This document shows positions 28,811 to 38,522 of a stretch of 64,000 nt of DNA, piece by piece. The first letter of the stretch is position 1. The number at the start of each line of letters is the position of its first letter. The position numbers and the translations under genes were made by a program. The stretch comes from Actinomycetota bacterium (GTDB taxonomy: Bacteria > Actinomycetota > Actinomycetes > Actinomycetales > Microbacteriaceae): the NCBI GenBank assembly GCA_009698805.1, contig WLPL01000002.1, positions 305 through 64,304 on the forward strand, written 5' to 3'. The notes beneath the pieces are model-generated. The model ran no database searches. It had not been told where the DNA came from and was given only the letters and a program-made list of their open reading frames with translations.

Positions 28811-30433
28811 ATGGCAAGGTCTTCGATGATCATGGCTTCGGGCACGATCGTCTCGCGAATTTTGGGTTTCGTTCGAGCAGTGATGCTCGCACTAACCATC
28901 GGCGTGACCACCAACGCAGCCGACGCCTTCGGTGTCGCCAATCAGCTACCAAACAACGTCTACGCGATTGTCGTCGGTGGTGTTTTGAACGCTGTCCTCG
29001 TGCCGCAAATCGTCAGAGCTCGATCACACAAGGATGGCGGCAAGGGTTACATCGATCGCCTACTGACCCTGATCATCACGGTCTTCTTCGCGGTCACTGT
29101 CATTACTACTGCCAGCGCTCCCCTGTTGGTCAGTCTCTACACCTCGGGTTGGTCGCCTGATCAACTAGCGCTGGCAACCGCCTTCGCCTACTGGTGCCTG
29201 CCGCAACTATTCTTCTACGGGCTCTACTCACTGCTCGGCGAGGTGCTCAACGCGAGAAGCGCCTTCGGCCCGTTCATGTGGGCGCCGGTTTTGAACAACC
29301 TGGTTGCCATCGCCGGCCTCGGTGCGTTCATCGCAATCTTCGGTGCCGACCCGACCGGTTTCAGAGTGGTCAGCTCATGGGGCCCTGGCGAAGTCTCGTT
29401 GCTAGCCGGCACCGCAACTCTCGGAGTCGCTGCACAGGCAGTGATTCTGTTTGCCTTCTGGAAGCGAATCGGCCTCAAATTCCAGCTCAACTTCAAGTGG
29501 CGCGGCGTGGGCCTGCGACCGGCGATGAAAGCCGCGACTTGGACGCTCGGCATGGTGCTAATCACACAAATCGGCGGGCTGGTTCAAACCATCATCGCCT
29601 CAAGAGCGGCCGGTGTACGTGAAACAACTTCGGTGGCGATCGCCTCGGTTGCGGCTGCTTCGATCGCCTGGCTGATTTTTATGTTGCCGCACTCGATTGC
29701 CACGGTGTCTATTGCGACCGCATCGTTCACCAAAATCTCGACTCACGCGGCGGCCAAACGTTTCGACCTACTCAAGACAGACCTAGGCACGAGCCTTCGA
29801 GCGATTCTCGCGATCAGCGCATTCGCCACAGCAACGCTGATGGTTCTCTCTTACCCGATCTCGCGCGTATTCGTAGGCGAGTATCCGGCCACTGTCGCGC
29901 TAGGCAACGTCCTGGTCGCAATGTTGGTCGGCTTGATTCCATTCAGCTTCGTGTTCATGCTGCAGCGAGCCTTCTATGCGCTCGAGGACACCAGAAGCCC
30001 GTTCTTTTTCACGGTCGCGCAAATCATATTGTTCGTCACCGGTTCGATCACGGTTGCTCTAGCCGTTGCTCCCGAATGGATCGTCGCGGCAATGTCGCTG
30101 GTGAACAGCCTGAGCATCACCTTTCAAGCTGTAATCGCCTATCGAGTACTGCGGCGACGCATCGGGCCGTTCGAGGGGCTGAACCTAACTAGCGCGGCAG
30201 TCTCGATGATTCTCGGCGCGGCCCTTGCCGGAGGCGTCGGCCTCTTGACGCTTGGTCTGTTGGGTGGCGCTACCGAAACATCGTTCGCACTCAAGAGTAT
30301 TTTTGGCGCCTTAGTTTCGTCGGCCGTTGTTTCGCTCGTGATGCTCGCCGTGTATGCGTCCGTGTTGAAGTTTCTAAAAGTTGCCGAGGCCGACATTGCG
30401 CTGAAGGCGATTAGGGGAATAATCCGGCGATAA
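28811..30433 (+). CDS. murJ: Lipid II flippase MurJ
   Basis: MASGTIVSRILGFVR, ANQLPN, GGVLNAVLVPQIV, RAFYALEDTR. Confidence 0.95.
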   Translation: MARSSMIMASGTIVSRILGFVRAVMLALTIGVTTNAADAFGVANQLPNNVYAIVVGGVLNAVLVPQIVRARSHKDGGKGYIDRLLTLIITVFFAVTVITTASAPLLVSLYTSGWSPDQLALATAFAYWCLPQLFFYGLYSLLGEVLNARSAFGPFMWAPVLNNLVAIAGLGAFIAIFGADPTGFRVVSSWGPGEVSLLAGTATLGVAAQAVILFAFWKRIGLKFQLNFKWRGVGLRPAMKAATWTLGMVLITQIGGLVQTIIASRAAGVRETTSVAIASVAAASIAWLIFMLPHSIATVSIATASFTKISTHAAAKRFDLLKTDLGTSLRAILAISAFATATLMVLSYPISRVFVGEYPATVALGNVLVAMLVGLIPFSFVFMLQRAFYALEDTRSPFFFTVAQIILFVTGSITVALAVAPEWIVAAMSLVNSLSITFQAVIAYRVLRRRIGPFEGLNLTSAAVSMILGAALAGGVGLLTLGLLGGATETSFALKSIFGALVSSAVVSLVMLAVYASVLKFLKVAEADIALKAIRGIIRR

Positions 30434-30470
30434 AATCGACTCTTAGTTATGTAACTTTCAGGAGATCCCC

Positions 30471-31391
30471 TTGCGCGAAGTAATCATCATTGGTTCAGGC
30501 CCGGCCGGCTATACCGCCGCCATCTATGCCGCTCGCGCTGGCTTGAACCCACTGCTGATCGCCTCGTCGGTTGAGGCCGGCGGCGAGCTGATGAAGACCA
30601 CCGAAGTCGAGAACTACCCGGGATTCCCGGATGGCCTCATGGGCCCAGACCTGATGGCAAACTTTCAGGCCCAGGCCGAGCGCTTCGGCACCGAGATTCT
30701 GCTAGACGACGTGATCGAGGTCGACCTCCGCGGCGACGTCAAGATCATCAAGACCGGCGAAGGCAAGACCTTCGAGGCGAAGGCTGTCATCTTGGCAACC
30801 GGTGCGGCCTACCGTGAACTGGGTTTGCCTCGCGAAAAAGAACTTTCGGGTCACGGTGTTTCGTGGTGCGCAACCTGCGACGGCTTCTTCTTCAGACAGA
30901 AGACCATCGCGGTTGTCGGAGGCGGCGACTCGGCCATGGAAGAAGCAAACTTCCTCACCCGCTTTGCCGACAAGGTTTACCTGATCCACCGCCGCGACAG
31001 CTTCAAAGCATCGAAGATCATGGCCGACCGCGCGCTGAACAACCCGAAAATCGAAGTCATCTGGAACACGGGAATTGCCGGACTAAAGGGCGAGGCAAAG
31101 CTCGAAGGCGTGACCCTCGAAGACACCGTCACCGGCGAAAAGCGCGAGTTGCCCCTCGATGGCCTGTTCATCGCGATCGGTAACGACCCGCGGGTCTGGT
31201 TGGTCGAGGGCCAGGTCGACCTCACGCCAGAAAAGTTCATCAATGTTGAAGGCCGCTCATCGAAGACCAACCTGCCGGGCGTCTTCGCAGCCGGCGACGT
31301 CATCGACCCGACCTACCGACAGGCGATCACCGCTGCCGGTTCTGGGTGTGTCGCTGCGCTAGACGCCGAGCACTACCTAACCGCCCACTAG
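30471..31391 (+). CDS. trxB: Thioredoxin reductase
   Basis: GSGPAG, CATCDG, GGGDSAMEEA, YRQAITAAG. Confidence 0.97.
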   Translation: MREVIIIGSGPAGYTAAIYAARAGLNPLLIASSVEAGGELMKTTEVENYPGFPDGLMGPDLMANFQAQAERFGTEILLDDVIEVDLRGDVKIIKTGEGKTFEAKAVILATGAAYRELGLPREKELSGHGVSWCATCDGFFFRQKTIAVVGGGDSAMEEANFLTRFADKVYLIHRRDSFKASKIMADRALNNPKIEVIWNTGIAGLKGEAKLEGVTLEDTVTGEKRELPLDGLFIAIGNDPRVWLVEGQVDLTPEKFINVEGRSSKTNLPGVFAAGDVIDPTYRQAITAAGSGCVAALDAEHYLTAH

Positions 31392-31422
31392 ATTTCTAAA
31401 TAGAAAGAGAAGGAAACGAATC

Positions 31423-31743
31423 ATGACCGAAAACATCACTACTGCTGAATGGCAAAGCAAAGTACTTTCATCGAGCAAGCCAGTGCTAGTTGACTTCTGG
31501 GCCGAGTGGTGTGGCCCTTGCCGCCAGGTTTCTCCTATCGTCGACGAGATTGCGGCGGAGAACACCGAAAAGCTTCAGGTTTACAAGCTAAACGTGGACA
31601 ACGAGCCACAGATAGCAATGCAGTACGGCATCACCGGCATCCCGGCCCTGATCGTTTTTGAGAACGGCGTCCCGGCCAAGTCGATCGTTGGCGCACGTCC
31701 GAAGGCAGTATTGCTTACTGACCTCGCCGAATTCATCGGCTAG
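31423..31743 (+). CDS. trxA: Thioredoxin
   Basis: DFWAEWCGPC. Confidence 0.97.
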   Translation: MTENITTAEWQSKVLSSSKPVLVDFWAEWCGPCRQVSPIVDEIAAENTEKLQVYKLNVDNEPQIAMQYGITGIPALIVFENGVPAKSIVGARPKAVLLTDLAEFIG

Positions 31744-31799
31744 TCTTTTAGACAAACCCAATGGCGCGTTGAACTTTCCCACGCCTGAACGGGGCTCGC

Positions 31800-33044
31800 A
31801 TGCGCCAAAACCTAGATAACTGGTTAGACGCCTACTCTGCCCGCGCCCACAACCTCTCGGTTTCTGAGGTTCGCGCACTCTTTGCTGTGGTTTCACGCCC
31901 CGAAGTCGTCTCACTAGCCGGCGGAATGCCATACGTAGCCGCTTTGCCAAAGGATCTCTTGCGTGAGGCTTACGACGCGATGATGAAGTCCAACGGCGAC
32001 CTCGCTATTCAGTACGGCGGCGGCCAGGGCGATGCCAAGCTTCGCGACCAAACCCGCGAACTGATGGCTCTCGAGGGCATCCGCTCCTCGGTTGAAGACA
32101 TCGTGATCACCACCGGCTCGCAGCACGGTCTCGAATTGCTTAGCGGCTTGTTTTTGGACAAGGGCGACGTGGTCTTGGCCGAGGGGCCTTCATACGTTGG
32201 CGCTCTAGGCATCTTTAGGCACTACCAGGCTCACGTGGAACATGTTTTGACCGACAACGACGGCATGATCCCGTCGGCACTCGAGTCAACAATCAAGGCG
32301 CTGAAGGCGCAATCGCGCAAAATCAAGTTCCTGTACCTGGTGCCGAACTTCGCAAACCCATCCGGCGTGACCTTGGCGAAGGCCCGCCGAGCTAAGATTC
32401 TCGAACTTTGCCGCAAAAACCACATTCTGGTGATCGAAGACAACCCATATGGCCTGCTTTTCTTTGACAAGCCGGTGCCCGACGCACTTCGCTCGATGGA
32501 TGAAGAGGGAATCGTCTATTTGGGGTCGTTCTCAAAGATTTTGGCACCGGGATTCCGCGTTGGCTACGTCCTCGCGCCGCCAGCGATCCGCGACAAGCTG
32601 GTTTTGGCTAACGAATCGGCCATTTTGTGTCCGTCCTCTTTCAGTCAGATGATGATTTCGTCGTATTTGGAGCATGCCGACTGGAAGGGCCAGGTCGAAA
32701 CCTTCCGCGGTGTTTACCGCGAACGCCGCGATGCAGCGCTTTCTGCGATGGAAGAGCACCTGCCGCAGCTCGAGACCACCCGGCCCGATGGTGGTTTTTA
32801 CCTGTGGGTAACTCTTCCGGATGGCCTCGATTCGAAGGCCATGCTGCCGCTGGCTGTCAAGGAATTGGTGGCCTACACTCCCGGAACCGCGTTCTACGGC
32901 GATGGAACAGGGCAAAACAAACTACGTATTTGCTACTCATACCCGACGCCGGATCGAATCAACCTTGGAATCAAGAGGCTTTCGACCGTGATCAACCTAC
33001 AGACCGAGCTCCAAGAGACGTTTGGTAAGAAGGGAAAGAAGTGA
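31800..33044 (+). CDS. PLP-dependent aminotransferase class I/II (LysN/ARO8-like)
   Basis: SLAGGMP, TTGSQ, PNFANPSG, EDNPY, GSFSKILAPGFRVG. Confidence 0.9.
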   Translation: MRQNLDNWLDAYSARAHNLSVSEVRALFAVVSRPEVVSLAGGMPYVAALPKDLLREAYDAMMKSNGDLAIQYGGGQGDAKLRDQTRELMALEGIRSSVEDIVITTGSQHGLELLSGLFLDKGDVVLAEGPSYVGALGIFRHYQAHVEHVLTDNDGMIPSALESTIKALKAQSRKIKFLYLVPNFANPSGVTLAKARRAKILELCRKNHILVIEDNPYGLLFFDKPVPDALRSMDEEGIVYLGSFSKILAPGFRVGYVLAPPAIRDKLVLANESAILCPSSFSQMMISSYLEHADWKGQVETFRGVYRERRDAALSAMEEHLPQLETTRPDGGFYLWVTLPDGLDSKAMLPLAVKELVAYTPGTAFYGDGTGQNKLRICYSYPTPDRINLGIKRLSTVINLQTELQETFGKKGKK

Positions 33045-34012
33045 TTCCAAAGCCAAAGCAGGCCGGCAAGTTGCGCATCATGGTGCTAGCCGGTGGCATT
33101 TCTCACGAGCGCGATATCTCGCTAAAATCGGGACGCCGAGTCGCTGACGCCCTAATTGAGCAAGGCGCGAGCGTGGAAATTCGCGAACCAGACCAAAATC
33201 TGCTCTCAAACATCAAAAAAGACAAGCCGGACGTAATTTGGCCGGTTTTGCATGGAGCCAGCGGCGAGGACGGCGCATTACGGGACATTTTGGCCCTAAC
33301 CGGTGTGCCTTTTGTCGGCGCTAGCTCGCAATCGGCCCGTTTGGCCTGGGACAAGTCGATTGCCAAGATTTTGGTGGCTGGTCAGGGCATTTCGACCCCG
33401 GCTTCGGTGACTTTGCCGAAAGAAACCTTCAAAGAACTGGACGCGGATGGTGTTTTGAAGGCGATCACCAGCGCGCTTTCGCTGCCACTGGTGGTGAAAC
33501 CGGCTCGTTCGGGCTCTGCGCAGGGCGTTACCCTCGTCAAAAAGGTTGACCAGCTCGCCAAGGCCATGATCGACGCCTATGTGTACTGCGACGTGGCCAT
33601 AATCGAGAAGCTGGTTGAGGGCACCGAGCTCGCAGTCAGCGTTATTGACCTGGGCGCGGGCCCGATTGCCCTGCCAGCGGTTGAGATCGAGCCAGTCGAG
33701 GGTGATTTTGGCTACCAGGAGCGCTACACGGCCGGTGAAACCAATTACTACATTCCTGCGCGTTTGACCAAGTCGGTGGCTGAGAAGGCCGCTGCAATGG
33801 CTATTCGGGCCCATAACGCGCTTGGTTTGAGACATCTTTCGAGAGTCGACATGATCATCGACGCCAAGGGGACGCCGTGGTTCCTGGAGGCCAACGTTTT
33901 GCCGGGTCTGACCGACACCTCTTTGCTGCCACAGGCCGTTTTGGCGGCCGGGCACACGCTTGGCGAGGTTTATCACTCGCTAGCCGAGGCCGCGGTACTA
34001 GGACGTGGCTAA
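33041..34012 (+). CDS. D-Ala-D-Ala ligase-family ATP-grasp enzyme
   Basis: GGISHERDISLKSG, LHGASGEDG, VKPARSGS, EANVLPG. Confidence 0.88.
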   Translation: MIPKPKQAGKLRIMVLAGGISHERDISLKSGRRVADALIEQGASVEIREPDQNLLSNIKKDKPDVIWPVLHGASGEDGALRDILALTGVPFVGASSQSARLAWDKSIAKILVAGQGISTPASVTLPKETFKELDADGVLKAITSALSLPLVVKPARSGSAQGVTLVKKVDQLAKAMIDAYVYCDVAIIEKLVEGTELAVSVIDLGAGPIALPAVEIEPVEGDFGYQERYTAGETNYYIPARLTKSVAEKAAAMAIRAHNALGLRHLSRVDMIIDAKGTPWFLEANVLPGLTDTSLLPQAVLAAGHTLGEVYHSLAEAAVLGRG

Positions 34013-34022
34013 ATAGCCCGTT

Positions 34023-34040
34023 TCGTTAGGGTCCTAACGA
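34023..34040. terminator. Short hairpin between convergent ddl-like gene and parB
   Basis: TCGTTAGG-GT-CCTAACGA. Confidence 0.45.
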
Positions 34041-34041
34041 T

Positions 34042-34968
34042 TTAGTGCTGGTCCAACTCGATGTTCATCTCGGCGATGATGCGCTTCAGGTCGGCAACCG
34101 AAGCGAAATCGATCACAATCTGGCCCTTGGCCTTGCCGATGCTGATTCGCACCGAAGTGCCGAGCTTATCGCCAACCTGGTCGGCGATGCCCTTTAGCGA
34201 ATCCTGACGAGTACCGGTCTTGACCTTGCCAGCCTTGAATCCTGGGCGGTCAATCGCTACCAACTCTTCGAGCGAGCGAACCGACATGCCCTCGTTAATG
34301 ACTTTGTTGGCAAGTTCGATCATGCGTTCGTCGGTCGCTGCACCAAGCAGGGCGCGAGCGTGACCGGCGCTCAAGACGCCTGCCGCAACCTTTCGCTGAA
34401 CCTGTGCCGGGAGCTTTAGCAGGCGGATCGTGTTGGTGATCTTCGGGCGCGAGCGGCCAATGCGCTCGGCGAGCTCCTCCTGGGTGATGCCGAAGTCTTC
34501 GAGTAGCTGCTGGTAGGCGCTGGCTTCTTCTAGCGGGTTCAGGTCGCTGCGGTGCAGGTTCTCCAAGAGGGCGTCGCGAAGCATGTTTTCGTCTGCGGTT
34601 TCGCGGATCACGGCTGGAATCTTGTCGAGACCGACCTCCTTGGACGCGCGCAGACGGCGTTCGCCCATGATCAGCTCATAAGAACCAGGGGCTGTCTCAC
34701 GAACCACGATCGGCTGAAGCACGCCGAGTTCGCGAATCGAGTGAACCAGTTCGGCAAAGGCCTCCGGCTCGTAGTTACTGCGAGGCTGCTTGGCGTTCGG
34801 AACGATCGAGTTGAGGTCTAGGTAGCCGAAGCGGGCTCCTGGCACGGGCAAGAGGTTGTCGACCTGGCTACCGGCATCGGTGAAAAACACGTCGATTGGG
34901 CGTTCGGCTGGCTCGGTCGGAATAAGGGCTCCGATGCCGCGTCCTAGGCCACTTTTTCTATCTGCCAA
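34042..34968 (-). CDS. parB: Chromosome partitioning protein ParB
   Basis: TTG after GAGGAG; GLGRGIGAL, QPIVVR, GERRLRA, ENLHRSDLNPLEEA. Confidence 0.96.
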   Translation of the reverse strand: MADRKSGLGRGIGALIPTEPAERPIDVFFTDAGSQVDNLLPVPGARFGYLDLNSIVPNAKQPRSNYEPEAFAELVHSIRELGVLQPIVVRETAPGSYELIMGERRLRASKEVGLDKIPAVIRETADENMLRDALLENLHRSDLNPLEEASAYQQLLEDFGITQEELAERIGRSRPKITNTIRLLKLPAQVQRKVAAGVLSAGHARALLGAATDERMIELANKVINEGMSVRSLEELVAIDRPGFKAGKVKTGTRQDSLKGIADQVGDKLGTSVRISIGKAKGQIVIDFASVADLKRIIAEMNIELDQH

Positions 34969-35860
34969 GTTGTGCTCCTCTGTTGGCGATTTCAATGGCT
35001 GCCTCTAGGTACGAAATCGCACCCGGAGAACGCCGATCATAAGAAATTACCGTCTTGCCGTAGCTCGGTGCCTCAGAGACACGGACGGAACGCGGAATCA
35101 CGCTGTTCAAGACTTCGGTCGGGAAGTGCCTGCGAACCTCGTTTGCCACGTCGGTGGCTAGATTGGTTCGGCTATCGAACATGGTCAACAGCACGGTTGA
35201 GATGACCAAATCGCGATTTAGCTGCTTTTTAATCATGTTGATGTAGTTTTCGAGCTGCTCCACGCCCTCTAGCGCGTAGTACTCGCACTGAATCGGCACG
35301 AGAACCTCTTTGGCCGCGACCCAAGCGTTGATGGTCAGTAGGCCAAGGCTCGGTGGGCAGTCGATAAAAATGTAATCCGGCGGCGACATCGTGGTTTCGA
35401 GGTAGCTCTCGATCGCGGTTCGCAGACGTTGTTCGCGGGCAACCATCGAAACCAGCTCTAGTTCGGCGCCGGTGAGGTTGATGGTGGCCGGAACGCAGGT
35501 CAAACCTGGCATTTCGGGGCTGACCTTGATCACGCTCTCGAGTGGAATGTCGGCTACGAGGACCTCATAGATGCTCTGAACTCCGGCGTGATGCTCGATT
35601 CCGAGTGCTGTGGACGCGTTTCCCTGCGGATCAAGGTCGATAACCAAGACGCTTAGACCCTTGGAAGCGAGTGCGGCAGCGATATTTACGGCCGTTGTGG
35701 TCTTGCCAACGCCACCTTTTTGGTTTGAGATGGTGAAAATACGGGTTTTGGCGGGTTTTGGGAGCCTCTGGCTCTCAACCGAAGCCAGGCGTCCGGCGTT
35801 TTCATAGAGCTCACGCGCAAGCGGAGTGTCTAATTCGTTAGGTTGTTTCACGTGAAACAT
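34958..35860 (-). CDS. parA: Chromosome partitioning ATPase ParA
   Basis: NQKGGVGKTT, DLDPQGNAS, DCPPSLG, PIQCEYYALEG. Confidence 0.96.
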   Translation of the reverse strand: MFHVKQPNELDTPLARELYENAGRLASVESQRLPKPAKTRIFTISNQKGGVGKTTTAVNIAAALASKGLSVLVIDLDPQGNASTALGIEHHAGVQSIYEVLVADIPLESVIKVSPEMPGLTCVPATINLTGAELELVSMVAREQRLRTAIESYLETTMSPPDYIFIDCPPSLGLLTINAWVAAKEVLVPIQCEYYALEGVEQLENYINMIKKQLNRDLVISTVLLTMFDSRTNLATDVANEVRRHFPTEVLNSVIPRSVRVSEAPSYGKTVISYDRRSPGAISYLEAAIEIANRGAQLGR

Positions 35861-35990
35861 CCTTCTGCCAACCGGTGGGTTGCGGGCTTACCTCGTCGCG
35901 CCCGGCAGGGTAGCCAAGACCAGCCACAACACTCGGCTTGGTAACCGCCGAGGCCTCTGCGGCCGAAATTCCCTGTTCTGAGGTGCTCAA
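35838..35990 (-). CDS. Putative 50-aa ORF overlapping the parA start
   Basis: GGAGAG RBS, TTG start; MSTSEQGISAAEASAVTKPSVVAGLGYPAGRDEVSPQPTGWQKDVSRETT*. Confidence 0.45.
   Translation of the reverse strand: MSTSEQGISAAEASAVTKPSVVAGLGYPAGRDEVSPQPTGWQKDVSRETT
35844..35859. promoter_or_regulatory. parS site 1
   Basis: Perfect TGTTTCACGTGAAACA. Confidence 0.95.
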
Positions 35991-36018
35991 ATTCGCTCTC
36001 CGGTGTGCTTCTAAAGTT

Positions 36019-36639
36019 TCAGATTAGTCTAATTCTGACCACGGTTGTGGGGTCGGCCAAATACTCGGCACCAACTGTGAGTAAATCAAAGCTTTCAATG
36101 CCAAGTTTCTTGGTCAGTTTCTTCGCTTCGGCTATCTCTTCGCCCGCCTTAGAGCCTTTTAGGGCTAGAAGCTCTCCCCTACTGTGGATCAAATCAACCG
36201 TTAGGCGCAACAATTTTGACAGGTTTGAAACCGCCCGGGCGGTAACTATGTCGTAAACACTGCCGACTTCTTCGGCGCGGGCGCGCAACACCTCGACATT
36301 GGTGAGCCCCAATGCCTCCACCTGCTGCCGGAGCCAGTCGGAACGACGTTCCATTGGCTCAATCAAAGTGAAATGGGCATTTGGTTGAACTATCGCCATC
36401 GGAATACCAGGCAATCCGGCTCCCGAACCTACATCGGCAACAGTTTTACCGTCGTCAACTAGCTGGGCAACCACGGCGCTATTCAGGATGTGGCGCGACC
36501 AAAGGATTTCTAGTTCGCGCGGACCAAGAAGGCCCAACGTGTCCGAATCCCTTGCCAGAGCGGCAGCATAGGCGTGGGCAAGCTCGATTCGCTCGCCAAA
36601 GATCTCCTTGGCGACTGCTGGTTCGAGTTCGACGCTCAT
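36019..36639 (-). CDS. rsmG: 16S rRNA m7G527 methyltransferase
   Basis: LLGPRE, RHILNS, DVGSGAGLPG, TARAV, ALKG. Confidence 0.96.
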   Translation of the reverse strand: MSVELEPAVAKEIFGERIELAHAYAAALARDSDTLGLLGPRELEILWSRHILNSAVVAQLVDDGKTVADVGSGAGLPGIPMAIVQPNAHFTLIEPMERRSDWLRQQVEALGLTNVEVLRARAEEVGSVYDIVTARAVSNLSKLLRLTVDLIHSRGELLALKGSKAGEEIAEAKKLTKKLGIESFDLLTVGAEYLADPTTVVRIRLI

Positions 36640-36654
36640 ATCTACAATCTTCTA

Positions 36655-36670
36655 TGTTTCACGTGAAACA
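36655..36670. promoter_or_regulatory. parS site 2
   Basis: Perfect TGTTTCACGTGAAACA between jag and rsmG. Confidence 0.95.
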
Positions 36671-36671
36671 A

Positions 36672-36707
36672 AGAAAATGGCCGAGGCGCGAGCCCCGGCC
36701 AATTTCT
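36672..36707 (-). terminator. Probable terminator after jag
   Basis: TGGCCGGGG-CTCGCG-CCTCGGCCA followed by TTTTCTTT. Confidence 0.65.
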
Positions 36708-36715
36708 AAGGCTAG

Positions 36716-37270
36716 TTACGCAGGCTTGACCACGATGTGGCGGTCTTTGCCCTCACCCTCGGACTCAGAGACCAAACCGGCCTCTGAAACTAGGTCGTGA
36801 ACGATTTTGCGCTCGTATGAAGACATTGGCTTCATCGGAACAGCCTCGCCGAGGTCCTTGACCTTGTCGACGATGCGGTTAACGATGCGAGTGATGTCGT
36901 CGATCCGTCGCTGGCGCGAGCCACCTACGTCGAGGATTAGGCGACTGAAGCTGTTGGTCTTGACCTGCACAGCTAGGCGGGTCAGCTCCTGGAGCGCCTC
37001 AACGGTCTCTGGCTCCGAAATCAGACGAAGATTGCTGTCCTCTTCGGCGCTGATCTCAAGATATGCGCGTCCCTGACGAACATCAATGTCGATGTCGCCC
37101 TCTAGGTCAAAGATGTCTAGGAATTCCTCTAGATAGTCGGCGGCGATGTCGCCCTCGGCCTCTAGTGCCTTTACATCTGTGGTTTCGGAGGTGGCTTCTG
37201 CCGCTTCTTCTGCGACAACCACTTCTTCAACAACTGCTACTTCTACTTCTGGGGTCTCTTTTTTTGGCAT
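36716..37270 (-). CDS. jag: Jag/EloR R3H-domain RNA-binding protein
   Basis: EGDIAADYLEE, ALQELTRLAV, MSSYERKIVHD. Confidence 0.9.
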   Translation of the reverse strand: MPKKETPEVEVAVVEEVVVAEEAAEATSETTDVKALEAEGDIAADYLEEFLDIFDLEGDIDIDVRQGRAYLEISAEEDSNLRLISEPETVEALQELTRLAVQVKTNSFSRLILDVGGSRQRRIDDITRIVNRIVDKVKDLGEAVPMKPMSSYERKIVHDLVSEAGLVSESEGEGKDRHIVVKPA

Positions 37271-37281
37271 TGTTTCTCCTA

Positions 37282-38214
37282 CTAGCGCTTCTTATTGCGC
37301 TTTTTACTTACAGGCTGGGCCCGTTGGCTGTTTTCGCGAACGATGTCGATGGTCTCGGCTTCGCTCTCGAGTTCTTCGATAACCTCGGCTACCTTGCCCT
37401 TCTTGGCAAGGCGGGTCTGGCGCTCTTCAAAGGCCTTAGAACCCGGGGTTGGCATACGGCGGATAACGAAATACTGCTGACCCATGGTCCAGAAGTTCGA
37501 GGTTAGCCAGTAGAACATGAGCCCCAGTGGGAACGCGATGCCCGAAACCATGAAGATTAGGGGGAACGCGTACAACATGATCTTTTGGGTCTGCATGTAC
37601 TGGCTGGTCTGGGTGGCAGCGTTCTGGTTCTTGGCCATGATCTGCTTCTGGGTGATGAACTGCGAGGCGGTCATCGCGACGATCATGGTGATTCCGAGGA
37701 CAAACACAGAGACGTTGCCCTCTGCTGTGCTGAGCGAGTGCTTCAGTGGGGCTCCCAAGAAAGAGGAGTCCATAAAAGACTTCGCCAGGTCTGTTCCCAT
37801 GAAGGCAACTCCCTTTTCGCCGCGAGATGCGGTCTGGAGGACGCTAAACAAGCTGAAGAAGATCGGCATCTGCAAGAGCATAGGGAGGCATGAACTTAGC
37901 GGGTTGGAGCCGGTTCGCTTGTATAGAGCCATCTGCTCCTGTGCAAACTTCTCTTTCGACTCGCGGTCTTGCTTGCCCTTGTACTTCTTCTGCAACTTAG
38001 CCAGCTCTGGCTGAACCAGCATCATGTTGCGCTGGCTCTTGATCTGGCGCACGAAGATCGGGATTAAGGCGGTTCTAACCACCAAAACTAGACACACGAT
38101 CGATAGCACCCAGGTGACACCCCAACTGGATTGGAGGCCTAGAAAAGTGAAAACTGTGTGGAACGTGCTCAGGATCAGCTCGATTACCCACTTGATTGGC
38201 AGGAGAATATCCAT
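37282..38214 (-). CDS. yidC: Membrane protein insertase YidC
   Basis: NPLSSCLPMLLQMPIF, YWLTSNFWTMGQQ. Confidence 0.96.
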   Translation of the reverse strand: MDILLPIKWVIELILSTFHTVFTFLGLQSSWGVTWVLSIVCLVLVVRTALIPIFVRQIKSQRNMMLVQPELAKLQKKYKGKQDRESKEKFAQEQMALYKRTGSNPLSSCLPMLLQMPIFFSLFSVLQTASRGEKGVAFMGTDLAKSFMDSSFLGAPLKHSLSTAEGNVSVFVLGITMIVAMTASQFITQKQIMAKNQNAATQTSQYMQTQKIMLYAFPLIFMVSGIAFPLGLMFYWLTSNFWTMGQQYFVIRRMPTPGSKAFEERQTRLAKKGKVAEVIEELESEAETIDIVRENSQRAQPVSKKRNKKR

Positions 38215-38219
38215 CTGGA

Positions 38220-38522
38220 CTAGCCCTTCTTTGGTTGCGTTGTGACAAAACCGTTGGCCCTAACCAAAAAACGACCCGATCCGGCTTTTACCGGATCAAC
38301 ACCGCCCTTGGAAAAGGGGTTGCATCGAAGGATCCGCCAGGTCGTAAGCACGACTCCGGCAATCACGCCTCTCTGCTGCACCTGCCCGAGCCCGTAGGCC
38401 GAACAGGTTGGGTGATACCTGCAGACATCCCCGTAAATAGGAGAGATGAACTTTCGGTAACCCTTCAAAAACAGGATGATCGCATTTCGAGGCAGCAACC
38501 AGATTTGAGCCAATGCATTCAT
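38220..38522 (-). CDS. yidD: Membrane insertion efficiency factor YidD
   Basis: CRYHPTCSAY, RILRCNPFSKGGVDPV. Confidence 0.95.
   Translation of the reverse strand: MNALAQIWLLPRNAIILFLKGYRKFISPIYGDVCRYHPTCSAYGLGQVQQRGVIAGVVLTTWRILRCNPFSKGGVDPVKAGSGRFLVRANGFVTTQPKKG

Noticed and set aside
33296-33976. Long antisense or alternate-frame ORFs (e.g. 33296..33976, 39306..39941, 62508..63116)
   Set aside because: Expected shadows of GC-rich genes; they have no motifs or start signals.
35861-36018. GC-rich rsmG-parA gap as an ncRNA or riboswitch
   Set aside because: No recognisable RNA family motif; better explained by the 50-codon ORF with an RBS.
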